Source of the DNA: Octopus sinensis
Lineage: Eukaryota
DNA length: 64,000 nt
Direction: 5' to 3'
NCBI RefSeq assembly: GCF_006345805.1
Contig: NW_021834204.1
Location: forward strand, 3,675 to 67,674
Under the pieces are notes generated by a model that was given only the letters and a program-made list of their open reading frames with translations, had not been told where the DNA came from and did not search any database. Of this stretch, positions 63,092-64,000 are shown piece by piece. The stretch's first letter is position 1; the number at the start of each line of letters is the position of its first letter. Position numbers and translations under genes: made by a program.

Positions 63092-63850
63092 ATATATATA
63101 TATAATATGCATACCTACATAATGTGTAGGTGTATGTACGCTACAGATATTTTTTATTAAAGTATATAATGTACGTGTATATTCAAACATAACATACATA
63201 CACATTGCTTCTACACATACATATACATATGCATATATATATATTAGTGCGTAGATATACATGTACATAAAAAGCAGTTTATGTTTATGCATATATATAT
63301 ATGTATGTATGTATGTATGTGTATGTATATATATATATGCATGTATGTATGTATCTATATATATATATTATTATCTATATATATTATATATATGCCCACA
63401 CAACTTACACCCAAACTTACAAAAGATGCAAGATTCATATATATTATATATAGATATATATATCTATATATATATCTATATATAATGTACATGCGTACAT
63501 GTATACACATATATCATATATATATATATACTCATATATATATATATATATAGATATATATATATATATTTACATACACACCATGCATATTCTGTGAGCA
63601 TGTATACACCCATATCTGCACATACAAGCACACACAGCCCTTTTCTCCTTAATTTGGCTGGCTGCATATACATAGCATATATATATATTAGTGCGTGCGT
63701 AGATACATGTACATAAAAGCAGATTTATTTATGTGCTATATATATATGTTGTATGTATGTGTATGTATATATATTGCATGTATATATATATATATATTAT
63801 ATATATATATATATGCCCACACAACTTACATTACAAAAAGATGCAGCATA

Positions 63851-63886
<36 letters not shown>

Positions 63887-63911
63887 GTACATGCATACAT
63901 GTATATACAAC

Positions 63912-63965
<54 letters not shown>
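62925..63965. repeat. (TA)/(CATA)/(TATG) microsatellite field with an approximately 400 bp internal duplication
   Basis: ATGCCCACACAACTTACA at about 63390 and 63813; CCATGCATATTCTGTGAGCATGTATACACCCA-like block at about 63580 and 63965; TACATGTACATAAAA(A)GCAG at about 63258 and 63703. Confidence 0.9.
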
Positions 63966-63967
<2 letters not shown>

Positions 63968-64000
63968 GCATATTCTGTGAGCATGTATACACCCAATATA

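Overview
AT-rich animal genomic DNA made almost entirely of microsatellites and transposon debris. The SINE families and the (AT)/(AC)/(AAT)/(TCTA) load suggest an octopod cephalopod (inference; no database search was possible). I found no confidently supported host gene, rRNA, functional tRNA or CRISPR array. Nearly all supplied ORFs are microsatellite translations or retroelement fragments. Recognisable elements: three tRNA-derived SINE families, including tandem multimers; Tx1/L1-clade LINE 3' ends tailed by (TCTA)n; R4/Dong-clade restriction-like-endonuclease LINEs in (TAA)n, including a 2.2 kb copy with few lesions; a Penelope-like element (RT plus GIY-YIG) and a solo terminal repeat with a hammerhead-like motif; a CR1-type 3' end; decayed Tc1/mariner transposases; two non-autonomous Helitrons; several MITEs; a long foldback; a tRNA-Val-like pseudogene next to a 17 bp minisatellite; and a roughly 6 kb trinucleotide tract with higher-order structure. 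The strongest lead is a SINE that appears to move as a multimer: about 184 nt units with a fixed junction at three loci, and a target-site duplication around a whole 1 kb array. Homopolymer and microsatellite lengths, frameshifts and some tandem duplications could be assembly errors. Boundaries of old elements are approximate.
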